From assembly GCA_021513695.1 (NCBI GenBank), contig CP084166.1:1792001-1856000 (forward strand): DNA of 64,000 bases, written 5' to 3'. The position numbers and the translations under genes were made by a program. Below, one piece after another: positions 38,037 through 48,257 of this stretch. Below the pieces are notes generated by a model, which saw only the letters and a list, made by a program, of their open reading frames with translations, was not told the origin of the DNA and did not search any database. Numbering within the stretch: position 1 is the first letter of the stretch; the number at the start of each line of letters is the position of its first letter. This stretch comes from Candidatus Heimdallarchaeum aukensis. Lineage in GTDB: Archaea; Asgardarchaeota; Heimdallarchaeia; Heimdallarchaeales; Heimdallarchaeaceae.

Positions 38037-39302
38037 CTAATAACCATATAATTTATACCGAAGTATTGCTGCAATACCCCCGAAGGCTCTGTAGAGTGTC
38101 ATTCCATCCTCGTGTTTTGTGCTAATTATTTCTATACTTGCACCTGTTTCTTCAGCTTTTTGCTTAAGTTCACTTACGAGATCCTTCTCGTTTATTATTT
38201 CCAAGCTTGTTTCTCCACATTTTGGGCACTTTTTATTTGATAGATTATTAAGATAATCTTCATAATTAGAGACAATTACGGTGTCATTCAGTTCATGCCC
38301 ACAAGAGTTACATTTCAATTCAAACGTTACCCTATCTACCTCTTCTGAAATAAGTACAATGTCAACAGCTGCTTTTTCTAAAGCGTCTCTAACTTGCTTT
38401 TCTCCATATGTGATTAAGCCTGTGTCTTTACCGAGATGTGTAAGAAATTGCTGCATTAACCTCCTTTCCTTTACTAATTCAAAGTCTTGCAGTAAATCTT
38501 GAGCTTGTTCAATTAGTTCTTTAATTCCAGCTTTTCCTGTATATCCTACGTCAAAAGTCCCAATTATCTTTTCTTTAATTCGATAATCTATAGCTTTACT
38601 TTCCAGATATTTTGAATTTGATATTGCAGGACCACCTACAATTATTGCCTCAACAGGAAAGGATTCTAAGTAAATTTCATTCATCATTTGAGCCATTTTA
38701 TTATACCAAGCATTCGCTGCTTCTTCTACTAAACGCTGAAAACGTCTTTGTGATTGTCCACCCATTTTGTGTTTTTTTGGAACATGAGATTCTTCATCTC
38801 GAATTATTTTCAGATCATTTCCTCTCAATACTGCAAAAGTAGCTCCTCCTCGAGATATAATTACTAAGCCATAGCTTACCTTTGGCTCTAACATTTCTCG
38901 TAATGGTTCAGTGTGGAATTTGTTGTCACACATATATAATTTGATTCCAACGGGTTCAGGGGGAACAATTGAATGAAACTCCATTTTATTTAATCCTGTC
39001 ATCCCACAAAAAATAACTAGACCGTTTTCTGTATTTTGCATATTTTTAAGTCTGGCCATAATTGATGTTAGTGCAGCTTGTACTGCTTTTCCTGTATTTT
39101 TATCCTTAATATTTGATGCAGTTCCATGTTCATCTAATAATTGGCTACGTATGTCAGATAATCTAGTACCAGGAGGGATATAAAGTGAGATCAAAGATGT
39201 TGACATGTTAAATGATTTTTTTTGCTCTAGTCGCTTTATAGATTGCCTAAGTTCATATAATTCCACACTTGTACGTTTTTTATTTTCTTTGGTATCAGTC
39301 AA
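38037..39302 (-). CDS. prf1: Peptide chain release factor aRF1 (eRF1 homolog), with NIKD in place of NIKS and a CxxC...CxxC insert in domain 3
   Basis: 421 aa. 'ISLYIPPGT', 'GTASNIKDKNTGKAV' (the NIKS-motif position), GGQ motif 'KMGGQSQRRFQRL', and 'CNSCGH...CPKCGE' in the C-terminal domain. Confidence 0.85.
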   Translation of the reverse strand: MTDTKENKKRTSVELYELRQSIKRLEQKKSFNMSTSLISLYIPPGTRLSDIRSQLLDEHGTASNIKDKNTGKAVQAALTSIMARLKNMQNTENGLVIFCGMTGLNKMEFHSIVPPEPVGIKLYMCDNKFHTEPLREMLEPKVSYGLVIISRGGATFAVLRGNDLKIIRDEESHVPKKHKMGGQSQRRFQRLVEEAANAWYNKMAQMMNEIYLESFPVEAIIVGGPAISNSKYLESKAIDYRIKEKIIGTFDVGYTGKAGIKELIEQAQDLLQDFELVKERRLMQQFLTHLGKDTGLITYGEKQVRDALEKAAVDIVLISEEVDRVTFELKCNSCGHELNDTVIVSNYEDYLNNLSNKKCPKCGETSLEIINEKDLVSELKQKAEETGASIEIISTKHEDGMTLYRAFGGIAAILRYKLYGY

Positions 39303-39467
39303 TAGTTTTCTCCTCGTGCACTCTTAACTATGTTTTTGACAACGACTCTAAAACCCTTTTTTTGTTTTGTTATTCAATATCTTTTTATCATATATATACA
39401 AGGAAAAATCAAAATCAAGAGAAGTATAATGAAACTTACACTGTAGAAAAATTAATTGACAAAACTA

Positions 39468-39689
39468 TCAAGTTTTATACTTTCTTGTGTTCTCCATTCC
39501 TTTCAAAACCTTGATAACCTTGTAAATTTGCTCAATATCTCTTACACTTGATCGGGGTTTGGATGCGAGAATGGTTTCATAATTCCAAATTTTTCTTTCA
39601 GGGTTATCTTTTAGTTTAACAATAGGAATTGTAGAAATGTCTTTTCTAATTTCGTGGGACATAATACTCATGTCAAGCTTATAACACAA
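39468..39689 (-). CDS. Hypothetical small basic protein
   Basis: 73-aa ORF with no assignable motif. The likely start is the internal 'MSIMSHEIRKD'. Confidence 0.25.
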   Translation of the reverse strand: MCYKLDMSIMSHEIRKDISTIPIVKLKDNPERKIWNYETILASKPRSSVRDIEQIYKVIKVLKGMENTRKYKT

Positions 39690-39908
39690 TTTATTTCATA
39701 CTACGTAATACTAAGGAAATATTTAGAGTAAAGTTTGAGATATTCATTTTTACATTAAGGAAAATATTTGAAATGCAATTGGATATAGAATCACTAATTA
39801 TTAGTATTTGCTGTGAAATAATAAGCTGAGATAATAAGAAATTATAAATACCAGATACTCCATTATTATTTAGAACTATTTCTCTTTCAGAGAAAGAAAT
39901 AAATATTA

Positions 39909-40769
39909 TTGAGAATAAAAAAAAACGAGGATATTGGTATCATGTCAATCTTAGATTGGATAGACAAACTTCCACCACTAATTGATGATAATGGACTGAA
40001 ATTATTAATTTATCTCATCATTATTTTTTCAATAATTACAGCAATAATAGTTCACTTTTCAACTAGAGGAGAATATTATTCATCAAGAGGACTAACATTA
40101 AAAGAACTTGATTTTGATATTAGTCGTCCCATTTCTGATATAGCACCGGAAGAAAGAATAGAAATACTAAAAATTGAAAAGGAGAAGTTTATAGCGGCTA
40201 GAAAAGCTTTAACAGACTCTTACAAACGCAAAAAGTTGAGTGACACTATTTTTGAAAGACTATCTGTGAGATATGCATCAGATCTCAAAAAAATAGAAGA
40301 CGAAATTGAGAGAACAGAAAAAGAAGCAGAAGTTAGCCAGTTAGAAGAAGAATTAAAGAAAATGCAAGGAGATTATTTGGCAAAAATTGCAGGAGAAACA
40401 AAGGTTGAAACAACACCCTCTACTGCACCGACAACGCCACCACCTTCTGCACCAACTGCACCGACACCGACTCCAACTACACCGCCAAAAACAGTAACTC
40501 CACCAACACCAACTCCAGTAACACCACCAAAAACAGTAACTCCACCAACACCAACTGCACCAAGCACATCTGCTTCAATACCAACACCAACAAAACCACC
40601 AACGCCTATGACACAAACGACTCCTCAGGCACCTGTAGAAACAAGTCCAACGACAGATAGTGATCAAGGAGATTTATTTGCAAAGAGTACATCTATTGCT
40701 GCTTTAAGAAAAGAAATGCTTAAAGAACTAGATCGTTTGAAAGCATTTATGTCTGAACAAAATAAATGA
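39909..40769 (+). CDS. Membrane-anchored protein with coiled-coil segment and Pro/Thr-rich low-complexity repeat
   Basis: 286 aa. TM '[18 protein letters not shown]', then a K/E-rich helix, then '[47 protein letters not shown]...' and a short C-terminal helix. Confidence 0.5.
   Translation: MRIKKNEDIGIMSILDWIDKLPPLIDDNGLKLLIYLIIIFSIITAIIVHFSTRGEYYSSRGLTLKELDFDISRPISDIAPEERIEILKIEKEKFIAARKALTDSYKRKKLSDTIFERLSVRYASDLKKIEDEIERTEKEAEVSQLEEELKKMQGDYLAKIAGETKVETTPSTAPTTPPPSAPTAPTPTPTTPPKTVTPPTPTPVTPPKTVTPPTPTAPSTSASIPTPTKPPTPMTQTTPQAPVETSPTTDSDQGDLFAKSTSIAALRKEMLKELDRLKAFMSEQNK
40485..40556 (+). repeat. Tandem direct duplication, 42-bp period, two copies, inside the PT-rich coding region
   Basis: 'ccaaaaacagtaactccaccaacaccaact' occurs at 40485-40514 and again at 40527-40556 (14-aa unit [14 protein letters not shown]). 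Confidence 0.7.
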
Positions 40770-40847
40770 GATAAAAGGTTATACAAATAATGTGTGTTTA
40801 TTTTTTTTTAATATAACACACTTCTTTTTTGTTTTCGGTGATAAATT

Positions 40848-41561
40848 TTGCAATCTAAAAAGGAAATTGAAAAATATGTAGCATCAAAATATGTTGTTGA
40901 TAATTTAATATTTGATGATTTAATAGTTGGAGTTGGAACAGGTACTACTGTAAACATTTTTATTGAGTTGTTATCTGAAAAAGTAAATACAGATGACTTA
41001 AGCATTGTTTGTGTTCCTTCATCTATAGAAACAAAGTTACTCTTAACACAGAAAGGACTGACAGTTAGTGATATTATCGAAAATTCAGAAGTTGATATAT
41101 ACGTTGATGGAGCAGATATTGTTACAGAAAATTATGATCTTATCAAAGGGGGTGGAGGAGCAATGACTATGGAGAAGATTCTGGCTTCTTCAGCTCATGA
41201 ATTCATAGTAATTATAGATAGCGAGAAATATCCAAAGGAACTTTTATCTCACCCTGTTCCTGTAGAGATTATACCACTTGCCGTAAATACGGTAATAAAA
41301 CCATTATTTGAATTGGGAGGAGAACTTAAATTAAGATATGGAACTGGAAAAATTGGCCCTATTATCTCAGATAATGGTAATGTTTTGGGAGATGTGGTAT
41401 TTAGAGAAGAATACAACCCAAAAAATATGGAAAAAGCGATAAATAATATTCCAGGAATAATTGAAAACGGTCTTTTCCCTGAAAAAGCTGATAAGATTGT
41501 CATAGGGATAGATAATAGTGTAAATTATATTGAAACAGAAAGAATTAGGAAAAATAAATGA
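40848..41561 (+). CDS. rpiA: Ribose-5-phosphate isomerase A
   Basis: 237 aa. 'LIVGVGTGTTV', 'YVDGADIV', 'IKGGGGAMTMEKIL' are RpiA signatures. Confidence 0.8.
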   Translation: MQSKKEIEKYVASKYVVDNLIFDDLIVGVGTGTTVNIFIELLSEKVNTDDLSIVCVPSSIETKLLLTQKGLTVSDIIENSEVDIYVDGADIVTENYDLIKGGGGAMTMEKILASSAHEFIVIIDSEKYPKELLSHPVPVEIIPLAVNTVIKPLFELGGELKLRYGTGKIGPIISDNGNVLGDVVFREEYNPKNMEKAINNIPGIIENGLFPEKADKIVIGIDNSVNYIETERIRKNK

Positions 41562-41566
41562 ATAAT

Positions 41567-43450
41567 TTACCTAACTAGAGCTGAGATAACAGCTCCTCGT
41601 TCATAAGCTTCTTTAAATAGTGCCCCCAGTTCCGAATTGCTATTAAGCTTAATTTCTGCTGTTTTTCCTACAGTTAAAGTTACAATGACTTCACCATTAA
41701 TCATTATATCAACGTCCTTACCGATACATAAATCTGGAAATACTAAGAAAATATTGTTTTTACTTTGATACACATTGAGTACATACTCCGCTTCTTCATC
41801 AAAACTGTTTTTTTGCTCAACATCACTCCATTCAGACATTTCTGAATAAGAACGCACGTCAACATTTAGATTTAATGCAGATTCTATTTTTTCTATTGTT
41901 TTTCCAGACTTTCCGATTATCTTTGCCCTGTCAGAATCACGCACGAAAAGTGTTATAGAATCAGGTTCGGTTATTTTATATTCAAAATCATACACGCCAC
42001 TATATTGTTTGAGTATTCTTTTTATTTTTTTTCGACTAATATCAATATGTTCGGTTATTGAATGGGTTTGTTTCACAGGGGTTACTATGATTTGTTCACC
42101 AAATGTGTATAACTCATATTCTAGTTTATGAGAATGAAAATCTTTTACCTCAACAACAGGTCTACTCAAATCTCTCTCTTTTAATCCTGATGGAAGTTTT
42201 ACTTTTATTGAAAGTGTATATACCTTCCTTATTTCTCCATCTTCAATAAAAATTAGTGTGTCAATAATACTTGGAATCACTCCCAAGTCTACTCTTTTAA
42301 TGAATCTTTTTACTCCGTCTATTGCAGTAGTACCATGAATAACACCAATAAGGCCAATACCAGCTAATCGTAGATCTGCATATGTTTCGAAGTCAATATT
42401 TTTCCTTAATTCATCATATACAGTATGATCTGGTCTCATAAGTAGAATGAGGTCTGCTGTAGAAGAAATATCACCTTTAAATCCACTTAACTGTGTGATG
42501 CGATCATCAACTTGTAGGTCTCGAGGGTTTTCAAAAGTTTTCACGATTTTTCCTTTATCTGCATAAAATTCTGCTAAGGCTGTTGCAAAAGTGCTTTTTC
42601 CTGCTCCAGGAGCTCCAACAATTAGAATCCCCTCACTTTTTGTCTCAATCCTTTTCAATAATTTTTTATCAAGCTTATAATCCTCAATCTTTCTTTTTAA
42701 TATCGGTCTAACTGCAGTTATCTCCATAGCATCACTAAAAGGTGGTCGGGTAATGATTATGCGCATGTTTTTCAATTGTACAACAGAAAAACCTTGCATG
42801 TCACTTTCAATAAATGACTCTGGATCTCTAGTAGCTCTTTCTACTATTTCCTTCGCTAGTTCCTCAATTTCTTCTTTTTCTAAGAAAGAATCCCCAATAG
42901 GTTGAAGATGAAAATTTCCTGGTGTACCTATTTTTGCGAGAGGCAAATTTCTTTCTCTCAAATGAACTGACATAGTTTGTTCAGTAAAATAATCATCAAT
43001 TCGTTTTCTTGGTTTTTCAGTTGTTTCTTTTAGAAAAACTACAGCTAGCCCTTCGATTTCAGCTATATGTGCTTGAACTTTATCAGCTGTTACTAAAATA
43101 GCTGAATGCTCATAAGCTAATTCCCTAATTTGAGCATCTAGTTCTCCAGATGATGCAAATTTGATTTGGTTTGGTGTTGGACGTGTGCCATCAATTATTA
43201 TTTCGATCATTTGTTCGGATGCAAAATCCTTTAAGGCAATCAATTCCTCCAAGGCTGCAACTCCAGTTGTCCTAGCTTGATTAGCTTGATGTTCTATTTC
43301 AGCGAGAACCACACGTGATAGTACAATTCTGTTGATTGTTTGTTTTTTCTTCTTTAAGTACTTTAAAAATTCTCCATTAACGATTACACTTGTGTCTGGA
43401 ACAAATGAAACATTATTATCTACATCAGACAGGTAATTCATTTTCATCAT
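41567..43450 (-). CDS. PIN-domain plus PhoH/PilT-like ATPase plus KH-domain protein (COG1855-type RNA-processing ATPase)
   Basis: 627 aa. N-terminal PIN ('FVPDTSVIVNG...'), Walker A 'GAPGAGKSTFATALA', C-terminal KH-like 'KIIGKSGKTIEKIE'. Confidence 0.6.
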   Translation of the reverse strand: MMKMNYLSDVDNNVSFVPDTSVIVNGEFLKYLKKKKQTINRIVLSRVVLAEIEHQANQARTTGVAALEELIALKDFASEQMIEIIIDGTRPTPNQIKFASSGELDAQIRELAYEHSAILVTADKVQAHIAEIEGLAVVFLKETTEKPRKRIDDYFTEQTMSVHLRERNLPLAKIGTPGNFHLQPIGDSFLEKEEIEELAKEIVERATRDPESFIESDMQGFSVVQLKNMRIIITRPPFSDAMEITAVRPILKRKIEDYKLDKKLLKRIETKSEGILIVGAPGAGKSTFATALAEFYADKGKIVKTFENPRDLQVDDRITQLSGFKGDISSTADLILLMRPDHTVYDELRKNIDFETYADLRLAGIGLIGVIHGTTAIDGVKRFIKRVDLGVIPSIIDTLIFIEDGEIRKVYTLSIKVKLPSGLKERDLSRPVVEVKDFHSHKLEYELYTFGEQIIVTPVKQTHSITEHIDISRKKIKRILKQYSGVYDFEYKITEPDSITLFVRDSDRAKIIGKSGKTIEKIESALNLNVDVRSYSEMSEWSDVEQKNSFDEEAEYVLNVYQSKNNIFLVFPDLCIGKDVDIMINGEVIVTLTVGKTAEIKLNSNSELGALFKEAYERGAVISALVR

Positions 43451-44003
43451 TCTCCTTTTCTTTATTAATAGTGGGAAAATCTAACGATTTTACTGAATAA
43501 TAGTTTACATCGCCTAAACTATCAATCACTGCAAAAATTAACTTTAATCCCATATAATCTGCTTTAGATACTATTTTCTCGATTTGGTCAATATTAAACA
43601 TTACTCCTTCAACAAAAGGAACAATTAAAGCATATTTAGTTTCTTTTTTCTTATTAGGAGAAGCTCCCCTTTCGTATAATGTAAAAAAGCTAAGTGATTG
43701 TTCATATTTTTTCACCACATAACCCCTCCCTCTTAAATCTTTAAACAATAAATAATAAACCAAGAAACTTGGAAATAATTTTGAGAAATAAGAAATTAAT
43801 TCTGATAGGGACAACTCTTTTTCTTCTTCATCAACAACAATTATTCGTTTTCTTTCCATCAATAAGACAGCTTCATAAGGTTCTAAAATAAGAGTGCCAT
43901 TATCCGATAATTCACCGTACCATCCTGTACTGTAGAGATCATTAGCTATTCTCGTATCATAAACCACTACTTGATTTCCAACTATTTTAGCATTGAAAGA
44001 CAT
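43425..44003 (-). CDS. endA: tRNA-splicing endonuclease (EndA family)
   Basis: 192 aa. 'YYLLFKDLRGRGYVVK', 'LYERG' and C-terminal 'LKLIFAVIDSLGDVNYYSV' match the EndA core (Y.DLR.RG..VK...LYERG...K..iA.VDadGdv.YY). The expected catalytic His in the 'HS.Y.V' context is not apparent ('ETKYALIV'). Confidence 0.55.
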   Translation of the reverse strand: MSFNAKIVGNQVVVYDTRIANDLYSTGWYGELSDNGTLILEPYEAVLLMERKRIIVVDEEEKELSLSELISYFSKLFPSFLVYYLLFKDLRGRGYVVKKYEQSLSFFTLYERGASPNKKKETKYALIVPFVEGVMFNIDQIEKIVSKADYMGLKLIFAVIDSLGDVNYYSVKSLDFPTINKEKENDENELPV

Positions 44004-44086
44004 TTTTATGTCAACAACGTAATGAAATAATTATTAAGTATTTATACACTTGACTTAATGAAAAGATAAGGAAATTGTGAAATTTA

Positions 44087-44923
44087 ATGAACATTAAATT
44101 AAGACTCCAAGAAAAATTAAATGGGTTTATTCCACCCAATTTAATTCACTTGATTCCTTCAAGTTATTCAGTAATAGGTAATATTGCTATTGTTAGATTC
44201 TCAAATGAAATACCGAAAAAATATAAAAAAATAATTGCCACAAAATTGCTAGAATTAGAAAACAGAGTAGAAACTGTTATTGAACAAAAAGATACTATCT
44301 CAATTTTTCGTAAACCTATTGTAGAGCATCTTTCTGGTGAGAAGAAGATGATAACTATCCATAAAGAATTTAACACGTTATTTGAGATTGATGTTTCAAG
44401 GATAACTTTTTCTCCTGGGAATAAATATGAAAGGAAACGGTTAATTGATATTGTAGAAGATGGAGAGACTATAGTTGATATGTTTGCATGTATTGGAAAC
44501 CTATCATTACCTACTGCTAAAAATCATGAAGGGATAAGAGTATTTGCTATCGAAAAGAATCGTTATACATATGGTTTTTTAAAGAAAAATATTACACTTA
44601 ACAATTTAGTTGAACGATATGTCCCAATTCTTGGAGATAATAGAAAAAAAACTCCAAAAAACATTGCAGACAGAGTATTAATGGGATTTTTTAATGTTGA
44701 TGAATTACAATTAGAAATAGCAGTTGACGCAATTAGGGAAAAAGGATGGATTCACCTTCATGATTTAATAAAACGTTCAGAAGATAGAAGAAGAAAAGTT
44801 ACATATCTAGAAAAAATGCAACATAAAAAAGATTTCACAATAAAAGAGATAAATACAAGAATAGTAAAGAAATTTTCACCAAGCAAAATACATCTATGTC
44901 ACGACATTCTAGTTAAAAGATAG
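44087..44923 (+). CDS. Trm5/Taw2-family tRNA (guanine37-N1)-methyltransferase-like protein
   Basis: 278 aa. 'IVDMFACIGNLSLPTAK' matches the Trm5/Tyw2 SAM motif (vvDmFAGIGpFsiP.Ak). The N-terminal region 'SYSVIGNIAIVRF' is also Trm5-like. Confidence 0.5.
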   Translation: MNIKLRLQEKLNGFIPPNLIHLIPSSYSVIGNIAIVRFSNEIPKKYKKIIATKLLELENRVETVIEQKDTISIFRKPIVEHLSGEKKMITIHKEFNTLFEIDVSRITFSPGNKYERKRLIDIVEDGETIVDMFACIGNLSLPTAKNHEGIRVFAIEKNRYTYGFLKKNITLNNLVERYVPILGDNRKKTPKNIADRVLMGFFNVDELQLEIAVDAIREKGWIHLHDLIKRSEDRRRKVTYLEKMQHKKDFTIKEINTRIVKKFSPSKIHLCHDILVKR

Positions 44924-44964
44924 ATAATAGATAGATTGCTTTGGTTCGATACTAGAGAAAACAA

Positions 44965-46194
44965 TTATACTACGTCTTCTTGAACACGAGTCCTAGGCAA
45001 AATTGTACTGCCAGCAGCTATTTTCCTACCAGGAAAGATCATTGAATTTACTCCAATTATACAATTATCACCGATTATTGCTCCAAGTTTAGTGAGACCA
45101 GTGTCAATTTTTTGCCCATTTACATTCATCTTTATTGGTTTAATTGGGGTTTCAGTGTTTACGGTCATAACATTAGTTGAAAGAGTCGTATTTTCTCCTA
45201 TAACACTATCACCAACATAACATAATCTGTAGATTTTTGTACCAGAAAATAAGACTGAATTTTTAATTTCGCTCCCAAAGCCTATTAAAGAATCTGAATC
45301 TATTGATGTATGATCTCTCAATAACACATTGTTACCGATATATGTATTAGGCCCAATATACAATGGACCATTTAGAACAGTGCCAGAGCTTATTATTGTA
45401 TTTTCGTCTATGATAACCACATTTTTTAGCACAACATTAGATTCAATTGTAACATTACTTGCGATTCTTGATTCTGTAAGTTTAGATAAAAGCAAACGAT
45501 TTGCTTCAATAATGTTCCATGGCTTTCCAATATCGATCCACTCTTTTTCCCATATTGCAGCAATAACTTTATCTCCTTTCTTTATTCTTGCATTAATTGA
45601 TTTAGGTATATTAGGATGAACTTCCAATTCATCAAATATAGTTGTTTTTAGAACAAAACACCCTGCATCTATATAGTTGCTTTTTGTATCGATTTCAGTC
45701 GCTAGGCCTACAGATTTCACATATCCCTTATAATCCATGTCTACAACTCCGAAGTTTCCCGTATCACCTTTTAATGTCAGTGCCATTGCCATATCTGCTT
45801 GGGTGTTTTCATATGCATTGAGCGTTCTTTGGATTAAGCCTTTTTCTGCTATTATGTCACTAAACAAGAGAAGAAATTCATCATCATTTGCTAAGTATTT
45901 TTTTGCAGCAAGAAAAGCAGATTTAATATCGTTTTCTTTACTCTGCTTAGCATATGAAATTGATAAACCAAATTCCGACCCTTTTTTAAAGTAATCTTTT
46001 ATTTGCTCTCCTTTATATCCTATAACAATTAATATTTTTGTTACGCCCAGTGATTTCAACTCTTCAATTATATATTGTAAAATTGGTTTTCCTAGTAATT
46101 TAATCATAGGTTTTGGTTTAGTTTGGGTTAGTGGGAATAGTTCTCTACCCTCACCACCAGCAAGAATAACTGCTTTTAGTTCTTTTTTTGCCAT
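44965..46194 (-). CDS. Bifunctional sugar-1-phosphate nucleotidyltransferase / acetyltransferase (archaeal GlmU-like: N-terminal NTP-transferase plus C-terminal left-handed beta-helix)
   Basis: Start placed at 'MAKKELKAVILAGGEGRELFPLTQTKPKPMI' (G-x-G-x-R nucleotide-binding loop). The C-terminal half has hexapeptide repeats ('IGENTTLSTNVMTV', 'IGDNCIIGVNSMI'). The track ORF begins 3 codons earlier. Confidence 0.7.
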   Translation of the reverse strand: MAKKELKAVILAGGEGRELFPLTQTKPKPMIKLLGKPILQYIIEELKSLGVTKILIVIGYKGEQIKDYFKKGSEFGLSISYAKQSKENDIKSAFLAAKKYLANDDEFLLLFSDIIAEKGLIQRTLNAYENTQADMAMALTLKGDTGNFGVVDMDYKGYVKSVGLATEIDTKSNYIDAGCFVLKTTIFDELEVHPNIPKSINARIKKGDKVIAAIWEKEWIDIGKPWNIIEANRLLLSKLTESRIASNVTIESNVVLKNVVIIDENTIISSGTVLNGPLYIGPNTYIGNNVLLRDHTSIDSDSLIGFGSEIKNSVLFSGTKIYRLCYVGDSVIGENTTLSTNVMTVNTETPIKPIKMNVNGQKIDTGLTKLGAIIGDNCIIGVNSMIFPGRKIAAGSTILPRTRVQEDVV

Positions 46195-46348
46195 TAGCTC
46201 CATTCTCCTATTATTTTTTTAAAAACATTTTTAATAAGTCTTTTCGAACTTAAAAACAACCTTAGCTCAAAAAAAGTATACATAGAATTAATAAAAGCGT
46301 TATGCAGTTTTTGAAAAGAATAGATAAAAATATTTTTTGACATTATTA

Positions 46349-48175
46349 TCACAACACTGTTACACTTTTTGCCAAATTTCTTGGTTTGTCAGGCGAATAT
46401 CCTCTCTTAACTGCAGTATAATAAGCAAGCAATTGTAGGGGAACAACATATGGAATTGTTGAGAATATTTCAGAGTATCCTTGAGGAATTTTAAAACTCC
46501 AAGTTACAAGGTTTTTTATTTCATCATCATTTTCTTCAATAACACCAATAGTAGATGCTCCTCTAGCATTCATTTCCATAATATTTGATTGAATCAACCT
46601 ATAGGTGTGATCCTTTGGTGCAATAAATACAACAGGGAAATCTTTTTCTACCAAGGCAATTGGACCATGTTTTGATTCTCCAGCGGGATATGATTCACAG
46701 TGAATATAAGATATCTCTTTCATTTTCAAAGCTCCTTCATTTGCTGTTTGCACGTTTATTCCACGTGCCAAATAAAAACCACTTTTCTTTTTCGAAAACC
46801 AGTTAGCGACTGTTCTAGCTTGAACTTCATTATTTGTAATGGTTGTTTTAACTATTTTGGGGAGCTGATTGAATTTTTCTCTGTGAGATTCATACTCTGT
46901 TTTATTAAAAGCACCACTTAAAAGACCTAATTCTAAGCCTACATCCCAGTTAGCTATTGTTTGTGCAAGATATGTTTTTGTTGCTGCAACGCCAATTTCA
47001 GGTCCTGCATGGAGATATATAACTTCATCTGAATATCTAGTAATTGTACTACCTACTACATTTACTATAGAGAGAATGGATGCACCCTGTTCTTTAGCTT
47101 TTTTAATACCTAAAATTGTGTCCATTGTTTCTCCAGATTGACTCACAGGAACTACAACTGTATTCTCATCAATTAAGTCTAAAATTGATTCAAATTCAGA
47201 AGCAATTATTGATTGACTTAGTTTCTTATTAAATTTTCTTACTAAATACTCTCCCGTTAATGTTGAATAATATGCTGTTCCTGCAGCAACAAAAAAAATT
47301 CTTTCTGCTGCATGTATCTTTTCTGCTATTTTTTTTACAGATTTTTGCTTCATTCGTATGTAGTTATACAAAGAATTTGGTTGTTCGTGAATTTCTTTTA
47401 GCATAAAATGAGGGTATCCAGCCTTTTGAGCCATTTCTGCTTTCCAAGAAACAGTATATGGAGTACGCGTTATATGTTCCTTAGATTTTAGATTAACAAT
47501 ATCATAACCATCACTTCTTATCTCTACAAACTCATTATCATGCAAAAGCACCACTTGTTGAGTTTGATCAAGAAATGCGGGAATATCACTAGCTACAAAA
47601 ATTCTATTTGAATTTAAACCTATTACTAGGGGGCTGTCTTTTTTAGCACAATAAATCTTTTGAGGTTCATTCGTGCTTATGACACAAATGGCATATGTTC
47701 CTACTAGTTGTTCAATAGCTTTAATTACTGCTTCTCGGAAATCTAACTGCTCGTTGATAAAAAAATCTTCGATAAGGTGACTGATTACTTCTGTGTCCGT
47801 CTCAGAACTGAATTTATGTCCTTTCTCCTTCAAAGTTCTCCTTAATTCCTGAAAATTTTCAATAATTCCGTTATGAACAACAGCAATTTTTCCATCACAA
47901 CTAACATGAGGATGCGCATTTATTTTTGAAGGTGGGCCGTGGGTAGCCCATCGTGTGTGTCCTATAGCTATTTTTCCGGATATTGGGGAAATATCAATTT
48001 TTTCTACTACTTCATTTATTTTTCCTTTATCTTTTTGGACAATAAGGTTATCATTTTCTATAATTGCAACCCCTAAACTATCATATCCTCTATACTCCAA
48101 TTTTTGAAGAGCTTGAATAATTTCTACACCAATTTTTGTCTCATTTTTTTGAATGATTCCTACAATTCCACACAT
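46349..48175 (-). CDS. glmS: Glutamine--fructose-6-phosphate aminotransferase (GlmS)
   Basis: Start placed at 'MCGIVGII' (N-terminal nucleophile Cys). Ntn glutaminase domain plus two SIS domains ('VVPVSQSGET', 'GESKHGP'), ending '...AKSVTVL'. The track ORF carries a 27-codon spurious leader. Confidence 0.9.
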   Translation of the reverse strand: MCGIVGIIQKNETKIGVEIIQALQKLEYRGYDSLGVAIIENDNLIVQKDKGKINEVVEKIDISPISGKIAIGHTRWATHGPPSKINAHPHVSCDGKIAVVHNGIIENFQELRRTLKEKGHKFSSETDTEVISHLIEDFFINEQLDFREAVIKAIEQLVGTYAICVISTNEPQKIYCAKKDSPLVIGLNSNRIFVASDIPAFLDQTQQVVLLHDNEFVEIRSDGYDIVNLKSKEHITRTPYTVSWKAEMAQKAGYPHFMLKEIHEQPNSLYNYIRMKQKSVKKIAEKIHAAERIFFVAAGTAYYSTLTGEYLVRKFNKKLSQSIIASEFESILDLIDENTVVVPVSQSGETMDTILGIKKAKEQGASILSIVNVVGSTITRYSDEVIYLHAGPEIGVAATKTYLAQTIANWDVGLELGLLSGAFNKTEYESHREKFNQLPKIVKTTITNNEVQARTVANWFSKKKSGFYLARGINVQTANEGALKMKEISYIHCESYPAGESKHGPIALVEKDFPVVFIAPKDHTYRLIQSNIMEMNARGASTIGVIEENDDEIKNLVTWSFKIPQGYSEIFSTIPYVVPLQLLAYYTAVKRGYSPDKPRNLAKSVTVL

Positions 48176-48257
48176 TTTTTTCCCTATTAAGAATATTAAC
48201 TGTTTTTTACTCAATAACAGTAAATAAGTGTTGTTCATAAAGGTTTCGTTATACAAA

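Noticed and set aside
40373-40567. 64-aa Gly/Val-rich minus-strand ORF
   Set aside because: It is the antisense reading of the Pro/Thr repeat in the 39909..40769 gene, a low-complexity mirror artefact.
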